A DNA stretch of 62,830 bases, counting the filler, from Asterionella formosa (lineage: Eukaryota), in NCBI GenBank assembly GCA_002256025.1. It is 4 parts of 4 records of this genome, joined end to end, with 100 filler letters (N's around TTAATTAATTAA, not from the genome) between each part and the next. Parts side by side here need not be neighbours in the genome. Positions count along the whole stretch, not along the records: positions 31,492 to 47,119 come from NKIB01005347.1; 3 more parts are not named here. One strand, given 5' to 3'. A program made the translations under genes and the position numbers. This document shows positions 31,492 through 42,597 of the stretch, one piece after another (position 1 is the first letter of the stretch; the number at the start of each line of letters is the position of its first letter). Under the pieces are notes generated by a model that saw only the letters and a program-made list of their open reading frames with translations, did not search any database and was not told the DNA's origin.

Positions 31492-31952
31492 CACTGGGGT
31501 ATTTATGACAAATTTATCAGTCCACGTATATTCATGTACCGTATGCTTAGATTTTATCCCGGGAATGGAATCGGGATAATGGCAGAGTATACTTAGGACT
31601 ACTTGTTTACATGTATATATATATACAAATATGAAGATATGTTTCGAGTTTGTATACAGATTTGTCTCCAAATGCATTTCCATCTAAACAAATACTCGCT
31701 AATCTCAGTCGCCAGAAACAAAAATTTGAGGAATGAACTCCCTCCGACGCACACCCTCATTGACTCTCTACTTGTCAGAGGTTATCCAGCGATAACGTGA
31801 AAGTCTGGACGTAAGAATAGACGCGTTCTCTCTTGCACTCTTGCAGGGTCCATGTTATTCGAAACTTAGAAACGCCCTGTGGATCTCTCTCAGAGATAGT
31901 TGTTGCAGAAGAGCAAAACTTCGCAACTCCATTATTTCAACTAATCAGTCAA

Positions 31953-31974
31953 CAGTCGACAGTCGACAGTCGAC
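31953..31974. repeat. (CAGTCGA)3 heptamer repeat upstream of CDH1
   Basis: cagtcgacagtcgacagtcgac, containing three GTCGAC palindromes. Confidence 0.8.
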
Positions 31975-32133
31975 CGTTTCTACTATTGTCGAAACATCCG
32001 ACACGAAACCGCCACATCATCTATCATTTCACAACACAGCTCAGAATTCCTTGCTTCATTCGGAACAGAATCGATTTGACCGTCTAGTTTGTTTCGTTCC
32101 ATTTGAATCAAATACACCACTAATTAACAAAAG

Positions 32134-34218
32134 ATGAGTCATGCAGGAACGAACATTTTGATGAAGGCTCCGTCAACTTCACCTTCTAATCGGACACTGA
32201 TCCCGAGTTTAACTCCAGTTACACCTGCAACTCTTGCCAGTACCACAACAAGTTCGCCATCTCTCTGCGCATCGCACATTTCGATTGTCATGATGTCGAG
32301 CTCGGATACTGTTTCCCGTGCTTCTGGATCCAGTTGCCGGTCACGGATATCTTTACCGTCACCATCAAGACCTCGTTTAGACCCACAATATGCAGCTCGG
32401 TTAACTCCATCCCAACGGAACACACCAACAGCAAGCTCCATTCAAAGCTCGGCTTCGCTCATGCTTCCTCCAACTATTAACCGAGAATCAAACAAGTGTT
32501 CTATTTTTCGCCCGGCTCCAATGGTGACGCCATCTAGAGCATTTTCAGAGCGAGTCGCAAGTGCTGGGAGCTGGTCGTTGTTGGATACGCCAGATCGGAG
32601 CGTAACATCATTTTCGTCGCAATCGCCAGTTACACAAATTCCATCGTTTGGTTATTTGACAAGTCCGGTAGCCACTCCACGAAGATTTACGACAAGATAT
32701 CGAAGTGACATTGGTCAGTCGGATCGATTCATCCCTTCTAGAGCAACATCCAACTTGAACTATTCCTTGTGGGAAGCAGCAAGTCGATCACGAAGTTCTA
32801 GTAGTAGCAACAGTGATGCAGGAAGCGAGGGAGTCAACAATGCTGCTGAAGAGCGGAACCAACTAGAAGGTAACAATGCGACGGATCAAGCTTCTACTGG
32901 AAGGATGAGCGATTCTTCAAGTAATTCTTCATCACATAATCTCTTAAATGTCCTACTCCGATCCGAGCTTCTTGGTGAAAACTTGGATCCGTCGCTTCCG
33001 CCGAATTATGCCATGAACACTGACCAACGACATCGGGCATCTGACAGTACACCGTTACGGGAAGGTGGAAATCACTTGATGTTCACTAGTCCTCGCCAAG
33101 CCTATCATGAGAATGTGTTTGATGAAGCTGCTTCACGAACATGGGTAGTCGAGAACTTCAGTTTGACTCCTGTTGGTTCGGCCGCAAGTCAACGCTTATT
33201 GTCAGCACCCCAAGCGAAGAAACGACGTATTCAGAAAGTCCCGTTTAAAGTCTTGGACGCTCCTGCCCTCCAAGATGACTTTTACCTCAACCTTGTCGAT
33301 TGGTCCTCGCAAAATGTGTTAGCAGTTGGTCTCGGGTCTTGTGTGTACTTGTGGAGTGCATGTACATCCAAGGTGACCAAATTGTGTGATTTGGCTCAGT
33401 CTGAGGATATCGTGACATCCGTCTCTTGGGCGCAACGAGGTACTCACCTTGCAGTTGGTACCAATAAAGGTGATGTACAGCTTTGGGATACCATCAAATG
33501 CAAAAAGATTCGAACCATGGGTGGGCATTCCGCAAGGATAGGAACCCTCTCTTGGTGCGGACCAATGCTCGCAAGTGGAAGTCGTGATCGATTGATCTTC
33601 CTCCGAGATGTGCGAATGCAGCCTCAGTATACTGCCCGACTATGCTCGCATAAACAAGAGGTCTGCGGTCTAAAGTGGTCATTTGATGAACCTGCTATGT
33701 TGGCATCAGGAGGCAACGACAATAAGTTGCTTGTCTGGGATATCAAGAACCACAGTCAACCAGTGCATCGCTTTGCAGAACACACAGCAGCTGTTAAAGC
33801 AATAGCCTGGTCACCGCATCAACATGGCCTTCTTGCAAGTGGCGGAGGAACTGCCGACCGCTGCATTCGATTCTGGAACACTCTTTCTGGTGTGGGCTTG
33901 AACACAGTGGATACCGGAAGTCAAGTCTGTAACTTGGCATGGTCTCAGAATTGCAACGAAATTGTCAGTACACATGGATACTCTTTGAATCAAATTGTTG
34001 TTTGGAGATATCCAAGCATGAGCAAGGTCGTCACCCTGACAGGTCACACATACCGAGTCTTATATTTGGCTATGTCACCAGATGGCTCTACCATCGTCAC
34101 GGGTGCTGGTGACGAGACGCTTCGTTTCTGGCAAGTATTCCCAGGCCCTCGCTCGCACGATAAAAGCAATGCCAACGGACTTCTGTTCCCGTCGTTGCCC
34201 GGATCCGTGGTTAGATAG
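32134..34218 (+). CDS. FZR1: APC/C activator CDH1/FZR1 (fizzy-related)
   Basis: C-box DRFIPSR, KVPFKVLDAPALQDDFYLNLVDWS, HKQEVCGLKWS, GGGTADRCIRFWN, LTGHTYRVLYLAMSPDG, AGDETLRFW; ends SVVR. Confidence 0.95.
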   Translation: MSHAGTNILMKAPSTSPSNRTLIPSLTPVTPATLASTTTSSPSLCASHISIVMMSSSDTVSRASGSSCRSRISLPSPSRPRLDPQYAARLTPSQRNTPTASSIQSSASLMLPPTINRESNKCSIFRPAPMVTPSRAFSERVASAGSWSLLDTPDRSVTSFSSQSPVTQIPSFGYLTSPVATPRRFTTRYRSDIGQSDRFIPSRATSNLNYSLWEAASRSRSSSSSNSDAGSEGVNNAAEERNQLEGNNATDQASTGRMSDSSSNSSSHNLLNVLLRSELLGENLDPSLPPNYAMNTDQRHRASDSTPLREGGNHLMFTSPRQAYHENVFDEAASRTWVVENFSLTPVGSAASQRLLSAPQAKKRRIQKVPFKVLDAPALQDDFYLNLVDWSSQNVLAVGLGSCVYLWSACTSKVTKLCDLAQSEDIVTSVSWAQRGTHLAVGTNKGDVQLWDTIKCKKIRTMGGHSARIGTLSWCGPMLASGSRDRLIFLRDVRMQPQYTARLCSHKQEVCGLKWSFDEPAMLASGGNDNKLLVWDIKNHSQPVHRFAEHTAAVKAIAWSPHQHGLLASGGGTADRCIRFWNTLSGVGLNTVDTGSQVCNLAWSQNCNEIVSTHGYSLNQIVVWRYPSMSKVVTLTGHTYRVLYLAMSPDGSTIVTGAGDETLRFWQVFPGPRSHDKSNANGLLFPSLPGSVVR

Positions 34219-34438
34219 ATTCATGACAATACCAATAAACTCCCATATCTGAGCATGTGAAACGTGCACAAGGGTTTTTCGAACGAATGAAAATTCAATG
34301 ATATTTCCCTTGCAGCACAGTATGTTTAAGTATCTAGCACAAAATTAGTATCGCAGTGCAATTATATTCGCGAAGAATCTCGATTCTCGTCAAGTAAGGT
34401 AATGCTGATTTAATATCTATGCGGTTCAATATGAACAT

Positions 34439-36130
34439 TCAGCGATTAATTTGCTTTTCGAGCTCTTTGCATCGTAACATCCAAACTTTATCATTGCAAT
34501 CTGCTTCTGCTTTTGTATAGTTCAACGCTGCTAGAGCTTGATGCGTCGCCTCATTGGCCCGCCTAAGTTCCTCCTTCAGAGCCTCTACTTCATTCGATGA
34601 AGTTTCACCACCAAAGGACGACATTGAGCCTCTTTGTGGAAAGATGATTTGTCGCCGTTGCCTCTGTTGCTGTCGTTCGAAATCTAGCGTTTCCAACGCA
34701 TGTTCCAACCTTACAGATAAATCATTGATTATATGATCTCGTTGATCAATCGCCTCATGTGACTTTATCAGTCCTTCTGTCTCGTATTTTTGAAGAATTT
34801 CTCGTAGCAGTATGTGCTCGTTCCTTTGACGTTGGAAAAATGTGGCTTCTGTCCGCAAACTTTGGAGCTGAGCTGCTAAAGCATCTCGTTCTTCAATGAT
34901 ATTCTTCGTTTCCTGTCTCAGATCCATCATTTCTTGTTTCAACATTTCAGACTCGTCATTCAAATCCTTGCTCACCGCAGCAACCTTGGATAGTCTGACA
35001 TTCATATCTTGCTGCCACCTTGATCGATCCTTGGTCAGTTGCTCAACCTGTCGTTTGTGCCTTGAGGTGACTTCAACTAGTCTCTTCGATGCTTCCGACA
35101 GTGTCGCTGATTCATATGGCGTTTTAATGGAACTCATCTTTTGATTGGCCTTCGATTCGCATTTCTTACATATAATTTCATTTCTCAGGGCTACTGATCT
35201 TAAATATTGTCTGTCAGCATCGGCTGCCAACAACCGATTTTCGAACTCTTCGCAGGTTGCACAGTGGTGTCGGCTATGTGGAAAGCCCCGAAAGAAATTA
35301 TTGATGGGGTTTTGCTTTGATTCTTGCTTTGGTAACAGAGTATTCCCTCTCATGGACGAGGGTGGACCGACGAAACTTGAATTGACTGAATCACTATTCA
35401 TGAGGCAGTCCGGTTTGGTGGCGACCTGTGGTCGCATAGATGCTTCGGACTCCGAGGTCTCTTGCGACGGTGTGCTTAGTCTTCGACGATGTGTCGCTGT
35501 CTTATTATTTTCTAATTGCTGTACAAATGCCTGCTCGTTTAAGTATTTGCCAGTCAATTTGGACCGTTGCGGTTGATGACGTGCCATGCTGTTAGGGTCC
35601 GCCATGTCGGTCCCGAAAAAGCCAGCAACAACTCGCAAGGAGTGCTCCTCCGGTGGATCTTGATTTGATGTTTGTGATATATCCTTGTCTTGGTCTCGCG
35701 AATTACCAGAACTCGCATTTTCGCTAGGAAAACCGCCGGGATCATCCTTTTGCGCTTGCTTGTCTTCCTTTTCCATCTCCTTGGCCATCTCCCTTAGCAA
35801 GTCAGTGTGCGACACTGTTCGCTTTAATTTTCTATGATGAATTCGGTTTTTGAACCGTCTTATAGCTTGGATCTCTGCATCTGTCGTCCCACTCGTTGTC
35901 GTTTGAGAGAAATGTTCCTTTTTGGAAGGCTTCAATAAAATAGAGCTTCCGTTCGGATTGTTGGTATTGTTACCATCCTTGTTTCGTCTACTGCTTGGAG
36001 GATTTCCCATTAACGCGCTGTCGTTTGCTTGCTGTTGCTCCTGTTGTTGTTGCTGATCGTCCTGAGATGAAAAGAAAACATGCTTTTGGTTGACTCGAAC
36101 CCAGCCGCTGATAAGCCCTTGAAAGACCAT
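34439..36130 (-). CDS. Hypothetical coiled-coil protein (alternative start ATG 36010, MGNPPS, myristoylation-like)
   Basis: 563-aa ORF; low-complexity N-half, two CxxC motifs (CATC, CKKC), heptad-rich C-half. Confidence 0.75.
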   Translation of the reverse strand: MVFQGLISGWVRVNQKHVFFSSQDDQQQQQEQQQANDSALMGNPPSSRRNKDGNNTNNPNGSSILLKPSKKEHFSQTTTSGTTDAEIQAIRRFKNRIHHRKLKRTVSHTDLLREMAKEMEKEDKQAQKDDPGGFPSENASSGNSRDQDKDISQTSNQDPPEEHSLRVVAGFFGTDMADPNSMARHQPQRSKLTGKYLNEQAFVQQLENNKTATHRRRLSTPSQETSESEASMRPQVATKPDCLMNSDSVNSSFVGPPSSMRGNTLLPKQESKQNPINNFFRGFPHSRHHCATCEEFENRLLAADADRQYLRSVALRNEIICKKCESKANQKMSSIKTPYESATLSEASKRLVEVTSRHKRQVEQLTKDRSRWQQDMNVRLSKVAAVSKDLNDESEMLKQEMMDLRQETKNIIEERDALAAQLQSLRTEATFFQRQRNEHILLREILQKYETEGLIKSHEAIDQRDHIINDLSVRLEHALETLDFERQQQRQRRQIIFPQRGSMSSFGGETSSNEVEALKEELRRANEATHQALAALNYTKAEADCNDKVWMLRCKELEKQINR

Positions 36131-36399
36131 GTCCTATTGTGTATTCGCACTTGCAGGTTCTGTTGATTTGAATTTGCTTGTATAGTCGGTACAATTTGTG
36201 CCCTCGCGATTCTCTACTGGTTCCTCGTTCGCTTTCTTCCACACCATGCAGCTCAATGTCAATTAGTGTAATTGATTTGTCTACAGTTAGTACAGAGGTT
36301 ATGCTCCTTCTTCTTACTTGTGTCTCTACTCTCACCAGAAACCTGGCAGTTTGTCATGCGTTCTGCTTCCTTCCATTTCATTTTCAGAATCTTGGCACA

Positions 36400-36486
36400 G
36401 TGCCAGGTACTATTATTTATGTAGAGTACACTATTTATTTTTAACTACCAGGGTACAGGTACCCGGTACCTCATACGTGCCGGTAG
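36400..36486. repeat. GTACC/GGTAC cluster in the 5' flank of the coiled-coil gene
   Basis: taccagggtacaggtacccggtacc (36446-36470). Confidence 0.65.
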
Positions 36487-36927
36487 GGATTTCATAACAT
36501 TCATACTGCACATAGATATTTATATTCCTATATTGTTGTTGAGACGTAAGGCTAAAGCAAACGAGGACATAAAGTGCAGACGAGCACACCCTACATTAGT
36601 AAAAACTGACAATTAGCCCTGCGTCATATCAAAAAGTCATGTAAGGTAGCGGTTGGGACGGTTGAAGGACTAGCCAAATGGAGGAGAGGGTTTGCAAATA
36701 CCGGTACGCATGGATTCAGCTTGGTTTAGTTTTCTCATTGTTTTGTTAACTCAATTCGAATTCGCCATGTGAGGGCTTCTATGCCATTCAGGCCAATTTT
36801 TTAAGGATGATTCCATCTAGACACATCTGCAGTTATTCACTACTTTCATTAGATTATCATATTTGTTAATCACCAGAACAACATCTCCCAGACTGTCAGA
36901 GATTAAGATTTGACCCAGAACTTCCAT

Positions 36928-37320
36928 TGATGTGAACAAGGATCATCCTGTCACACAATCAAGCGGATCTCACTGCAGTCACTTCCTGACAAATGGAGCC
37001 ACCAGTCACTATCATTCCGACTGTGTCTCCACTTTAAGCTACAAAGGGAACAAAAGAGGCACTGACTCTTGCTACAGCATGATGTGTGTAGCATGACAGT
37101 ATTGTCAAAACTATCAATGATGTGAACAAAGATCGCTCATCCTGTCACACAATCACGCAATTCACACTGCCATCGGTTACCGACACACTGAGCCAGTCAC
37201 TATCACTCTGACTGAGTCTCAACGACTCTAACCTACAAAAGGAACAAAAGAGCCATTGACTCTCCCTACTACAGCATGACGAAGTACAGTCTTGTCCTAC
37301 AACATCATCATGATGTGACC
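36928..37320 (+). repeat. Degenerate ~190-bp tandem repeat (two copies plus start of a third)
   Basis: tgatgtga starts at 36928, 37118 and 37311; shared blocks tcatcctgtcacacaatca, ccagtcactatca, ggaacaaaagag, ctacagcatga. Confidence 0.85.
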
Positions 37321-37486
37321 TCAACAAAACCAGCCGAATTTAACGAATTCAGGCAGCACAACACTAGACACACTCAAGCACCTCACTAGCACAGACACAC
37401 TCCAATGTTTCAACAATCAACCGGAGTCTAAGGCACACAACATCACACTACTGCTAGCAAGTCCGAAATCAATCCAATACGCCTCA

Positions 37487-37510
37487 ACAAACAAACAAAC
37501 AAACAAACAA
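37487..37510. repeat. (AAAC)n microsatellite
   Basis: acaaacaaacaaacaaacaaacaa. Confidence 0.9.
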
Positions 37511-38840
37511 AAAAGCGCAAAAGCTCACTTTCTAAACTTTCATCTCTTGCTAGATGTAGTTGAACGATGGTTAAATTGGTGGCGGTCCTCATGGTAGACC
37601 CGTACAACACTGCAGAAAGCGCCAGTATTTTTGTGTGTTCATTTCACATGAGTCTGGTACATTGTGTTAGTAATGAGCACAATTTTCCACGCCCATTTTA
37701 AATTAATTGTAGACTCGCTCTATCATCATTCTTGCGCCACATGAACTGTGATATATGCCGAGAATACGGAAAACCGCATTGATGATGTTGAAGTCTGCAC
37801 GGTAGGTTCTATGCAATTGATGCATATTTTGAGCTTCTTCTTCTCACACTTCGTCCTCCTTTCTGAATTAAAGCCTTCCATGAACAAAAATTCAAGGTTC
37901 AATGAAAAATGAAGGTCGTTTTAACGGAATTGTTGTTGGCTCTTTTCTTGGTATGTTGTTCGTTGTTTCATTTTATTGTCTTGTTATTTGTTCATTGCAA
38001 ACACTTACACAAGAAATCCAGCTCGTTCTTCAGGAACGAAAATGCCTTGTGACTTTCCAGAGTCAAAATAAGGTATGAAAAACAATCGCTGAGAGCTTTG
38101 CAACTGTTTTTTATTAAGCAACTCACACCGAGTTATCGCTCTCCTTTTTTTAGGAATGATGCATTGCTTGTCATGCTACAATCAGTCAACAACCAGCTAG
38201 CCATGACCAGATTCTAATGATGCAATAGCTACTGCTGTGATTTAAGTGAAAGTGGCGGAATAATGGTTGATACTAGGAAGTCAACCAGACGGAGGCCATC
38301 ACAAGCAGGCAAGTATGGGAGGGATTCCATAGCATGATGATGCTCCAGTTCCGCAATCTTTGCACCTCTTTCCAGATCAGCGTGCTCCTGTTCCCTAATT
38401 TTCTAAACTACCTATAGTAGTGCTAGCTAGCCATACAATCTTAATATTTTTCTGGTAGCTTATACAACAATATCATTGTTTCAATAGAGTTTTCACTTTA
38501 CTTTGTTCATTAATAGAAATTATAGATGATTGCTGCGAATAATAATTGTTGTCGTTGATTATTTGATTGGATACACAAAATATTGTTAGTTTGCCCCAAA
38601 AATTATGTGGGTTACTAAAATTAATTATGGTTGTCGAAACTTATTTAGTTCACTCCTGGTGTCATATATATTATGTGATGCATCATATCTTCTATGTGAT
38701 CATGTCATACCCCTAAGCTTAAATTATGTATGTAGCCGAATTCACAATTTTGGGTCACCCAAATTATTAATTCGGGTGATCATATTTGACTCGCGTTTTT
38801 TCTGCCAGCTGTACCAATAGTCGGCATTGTAGATGTTTCT

Positions 38841-38977
38841 CCAACAGCACAAAATACACACCAGGGACTGTCACCTATTTTCCCAGCCCTTGCCTAATCT
38901 ATTGAAGGACCAACAGCACACAATACACACCAGGGACTGTCACCTATTTTCCCAGCCCTTGCCTAATCTATTGAAGG
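38841..38977 (+). repeat. Near-perfect 69-bp tandem duplication
   Basis: ccaacagcaca(a/c)aatacacaccagggactgtcacctattttcccagcccttgcctaatctattgaagg at 38841 and 38910, one mismatch. Confidence 0.95.
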
Positions 38978-39479
38978 TAAGTCTGGGAAAGAAAAAGAGG
39001 TTTCTAGCTAAAAAGAGCGGATTTCCTCTTTGAAGAGTCGGCCAGCATGGCCAAGCAAGGATAAAAGTAATTAAATCAATTTTACAGCACACTTCTCCGA
39101 AATTCTCAAGCCCAAGACATTTCCCATCCTTCAGTGCTGCCAAAAAATTCATGGGTTGTTGCAAAACCATTAGAAATTTCAAACTGTTGAAGCAATTGTA
39201 TGATAGTAACTGGAGGATTCATGCAGGCTCATGGTGATGAAGCAAGGCGATGTTGGAAGGATGTCATCCGAGGACTTGCTATTGGCAGAGCTAGTCACAG
39301 TTGGTCTCTTCCCCCCCCTGTGTCTAAAAGGGCACTAGTGCGATTATGAGCTTAGTTTTAACGTACTCTAAAATTTTATTTAAATCGCTACTATGATAAC
39401 TGGAGGAGTCGAATTTGAGTGCCTGCCAGTGCCAAATTACAGTTTCGGCAAAATGTCAGCAACTTCTGATAAACCTTCC

Positions 39480-39750
39480 TCCCACACAGCATGCCGGTAT
39501 GTAAGTGAGGCAGGCTGGGCGAAATAGCACGTGTCATTCTTTAGTACCGGTAAGCAAATTCATCACATAAATCCCCTAACCCTAACTATTAATAATTGCA
39601 ACGAGCAGCCGATGTGAACCTTTTTAATCGTCGCCAACCAATCGATCTCGTCGGCGTGAGAGAATTATTCTTATTGATGTCCTTCTGATCTGTTCGTAGT
39701 AGACTACCAGGTACCATACCGGGACCCTGCTCATAATTATGGGCATACCG
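39480..39750 (+). ncRNA. Candidate telomerase-RNA-like locus (speculative)
   Basis: CCCTAACCCTAAC (39574-39586) followed by a foldable region; TCCCACACAG (39480) resembles the plant snRNA USE. Confidence 0.2.
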
Positions 39751-39816
39751 GAATACGACGTACGACAGCACATATACTTGCTACCAGCACATACGTAGTG
39801 CTAACGGTATACCGGT
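39703..39816. repeat. TACCAGGTACC/TACCGG cluster in the 5' flank of RPA43
   Basis: taccaggtaccataccgg (39705-39722), ataccgg (39746), ggtataccggt (39806-39816); also gtaccggta at 39544. Confidence 0.7.
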
Positions 39817-40110
39817 TTAGATTTGCCCTGTAGTCTTTTCGCATGGTGATGCAACCGCAAGCGCCACCGCCACCGCCACCGCCAACGGCCTACTATAGAT
39901 AGCAATTGTAGACCTGTTCCCCTGTTAACTTCCTCATCGAGAAACCCGAAGAAGCGATACCAAATATACATCCATCAATCTTAGATCCCGACAGAGTATT
40001 GGTTGCCACAACACTCACCCAGCACCTGCATACCGGCTTACTCTTAACGGCCCGCTATCCACAGCACAGGGTTCGACTTTACCCGAAGACACTGCACTCC
40101 TCACCAAACA

Positions 40111-40854
40111 ATGGGAAGCAAGCACCGTGCCGACGAGACGAATGACGAGCGCAAGGCTCGAAAACGTGCAAAGAAGGAACTGAAGAAAGCCAAAAGATCA
40201 CGAGAGTTGGGGGATAGCGCTAACATTCCAAAGATTTACGAGATTAACGTAAATATCGATTCTGTACCAGTCACGAAGCCACAACAAGGCGATGCAATTT
40301 CGTCGGCTGTTGCAACTAAGCCCGACAACGATGATCAGTCGCGCTTCTTTCAAAAACGGGTATCGCTCGTCGTTTCTCTCTACCCTGCTGCCTTGGCCAA
40401 TGTCACAGAGTGTGTCAAGGAGTCCATTCAATCCATGTTGCTCAAATACTCAGACGGTTTAGGCGGTGTTTTGCTTGCTTTTGACAAGGTTAAAATTATT
40501 GGTAAGGAGGGAGTCATTTTCAATGAGCTTGCTCCCATTCACTATACCGTTGAATTAGACGGACTCGTATTTTGCCCTGCGATTGGAACTCGACTACAAG
40601 GAGTTGTTAATGAAAGCTTTCCATCTCATGTCGGCATGCTGGTGCATAGATTTTTTAACGCCATGGTGTCCGCCGAGCAATTGGAAGAAGCGGGTTATTT
40701 ATTTGATAGAGATTTGCAGCATTGGGCGCATGATGTTACCTCCAAGATCTTGGGATATGACGATTGCGTGGATTTTACAATTGACAAGTTGCATGAGTGT
40801 GCAGGAATTATTTCCATTGAAGGATCGAGGCTGACCGTGAGCCAAGCGCTATAA
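40111..40854 (+). CDS. RPA43: DNA-directed RNA polymerase I subunit RPA43
   Basis: SMLLKYSDGLGGVLLAF, LVFCPAIGTRLQGVVN, SHVGMLVHRFFNAMV match the SHS2 plus OB fold of A43. Confidence 0.88.
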   Translation: MGSKHRADETNDERKARKRAKKELKKAKRSRELGDSANIPKIYEINVNIDSVPVTKPQQGDAISSAVATKPDNDDQSRFFQKRVSLVVSLYPAALANVTECVKESIQSMLLKYSDGLGGVLLAFDKVKIIGKEGVIFNELAPIHYTVELDGLVFCPAIGTRLQGVVNESFPSHVGMLVHRFFNAMVSAEQLEEAGYLFDRDLQHWAHDVTSKILGYDDCVDFTIDKLHECAGIISIEGSRLTVSQAL

Positions 40855-41010
40855 GCAATTATTTTAGTCAAACATGACCACCGCTTGCCTTCCCACGTTT
40901 TCTGTACAATCCGTTTTGCAGGTCGTAAAACTACTAATTTAAGCAGAAATGCAAAGACCAACTGTGCACACATATACATTGACACGGAGAAGTTCACCAA
41001 ACTGCACGTA

Positions 41011-42282
41011 TCAAACATCCTCAACTACAAAAATCACCACATTATCATGCATACCCTTGAGCAACATTTGACCATTGAATTGGATCTTACCCTGTCGCTT
41101 TGCGCTCCTTAGGGTACCAACCAGTGCTTCATACGTATTTTGAACAACATCGTCATCAAACAATTCTCCAAACGTCACCGAGGGTTCTCCAGGATTGGAA
41201 CCAATTCGACGAATATCAGCAAGGAGTCGGACAACTTCGTCGTCCACCATAGACACAATTTCGGCAGATTTCATCGATGACGAAGAGTTTCTCGCCAGTG
41301 GGAGTGACAAGTTCCTTTTAGGAGCAGGGATGACTCGCTTTGGTTTTGTTACTGATGCTGGCTTCACATTGTCCGTAACTGCTATCGACTCTGGCGTGCT
41401 CTCAAGCACTTCATCTGCCGTCATTAAACCAACCCTTGGTTCTTTGATTGGAGTGTGGATCACCTGAACCTCCAATTCCCTCCTGGGCATAACTGCCGAT
41501 GTGGATGCAGCTTTTCGAATCTTCCAGGGGGCAGGTGGTCGTCCGCCATTGCTACTCAATCGGATGTCTTGCAAGAATATAGACGGCAATACCAGTCGTC
41601 GCGGACTACGCCTAATATTGTGGTCGGCTTCGCTGTCGCTCCAACCTCCAACGCCATAAACTTCACAGTCGTCATCTCCTTCTGTGTCAGTACAGGCTCC
41701 ACCTGACCGTGGAGATAACTTTTTCTCTCTTCTTGTTGCCTTTGGAGAAAAAGTAAATATACGATTGGCTGGTGGTGGTTTTAGAGGGGGGATTGTCTTG
41801 TGATTTTCTTTGTTTTCCGCCATGGATTTTCCGAGTCGATTTGGTATATTTGGTTTGTTAGCGACAAGAGTAGGATAAGGCTTTGCCGCGTCATTCTTTT
41901 CTGTAGTTGGAACAGGAACAGACCCAATCTTATAAATTTGTGTTTCTGCTCTTTCTACTATCGATACCTGTATTTTGTCCGACATACCTTTCAGCAGCAT
42001 CTGACCCTGAAAAGTAATGCACCCGCCTAGAACGAGGGTTGCGAAAGCGACATGTCAGCAAGGACGAGACGTATTCGGCCAAGTAAATGACCATGTGAAT
42101 CGGCACTTACGCTTTTTGGCAGACTTGAGTGTTCCGATAAGAGATTCGTAATATTGTTGAACGTCGTCATCGTCGAAAAGGTCGCCAAAGAGGACATAGG
42201 GTTCGCCAGAAGGAGCTATTCTTCGAATGTCGAGCAATAGTTGCTCAGTCTCGTCGTGAATTCGATTCTTGAAAGGCGTCAT
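41011..42282 (-). CDS. Protein with two Costars (ABRACL/STARS-like) domains; exons 42282-42111 and 42026-41011
   Basis: An 84-nt GTAAGT...TAG intron (42110-42027) gives FGDLFDDD...ESLIGTLKSAKKRGCITFQGQMLLKGMSD; second copy FGELFDDD...EALVGTLRSAKRQGKIQFNGQMLLKGMHD at the C-terminus. Confidence 0.88.
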
Positions 42283-42597
42283 ATAGAATTTTGTAAGTGA
42301 AAGCCTTCACATGAAACTTCATTTCCATCAGCAGCATATGTATTTACCTCTAGATCATTGACAAGTCGGTCCGAGTTGCTAGCGCAATGCGCTCGCGGGG
42401 TTGGGGGGTTCAAAATTTTGACCATGGCGTGTCCGTTTGGCAACCGATCGTTTTGCTTGAAAACTTGACAAAAGGATAATGAAGTCACTCTCTCGCGACA
42501 GTTGAAGGCGACTTATAAATGGTACAGGGCTTGCCGAAGATTCTTCAATGCTTAGCCAACAAACGTGGTTGTGTGATCATTGTCGCTAAAATGGTCC

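Noticed and set aside
25675..34218. Apparent mitotic gene cluster MAD1-GCP2-CDH1
   Set aside because: CDH1 lies beyond an artificial spacer (31392-31491) on a different scaffold.
39650..39690. U3 snoRNA-like boxes (GGCGTGA, ATTGATG, CTGA)
   Set aside because: Box C is imperfect and the conserved U3 5' domain (box A/A') is absent.
40069..40080. GGTTCGACT resembling a tRNA T-loop/B box
   Set aside because: No cloverleaf or A box around it.
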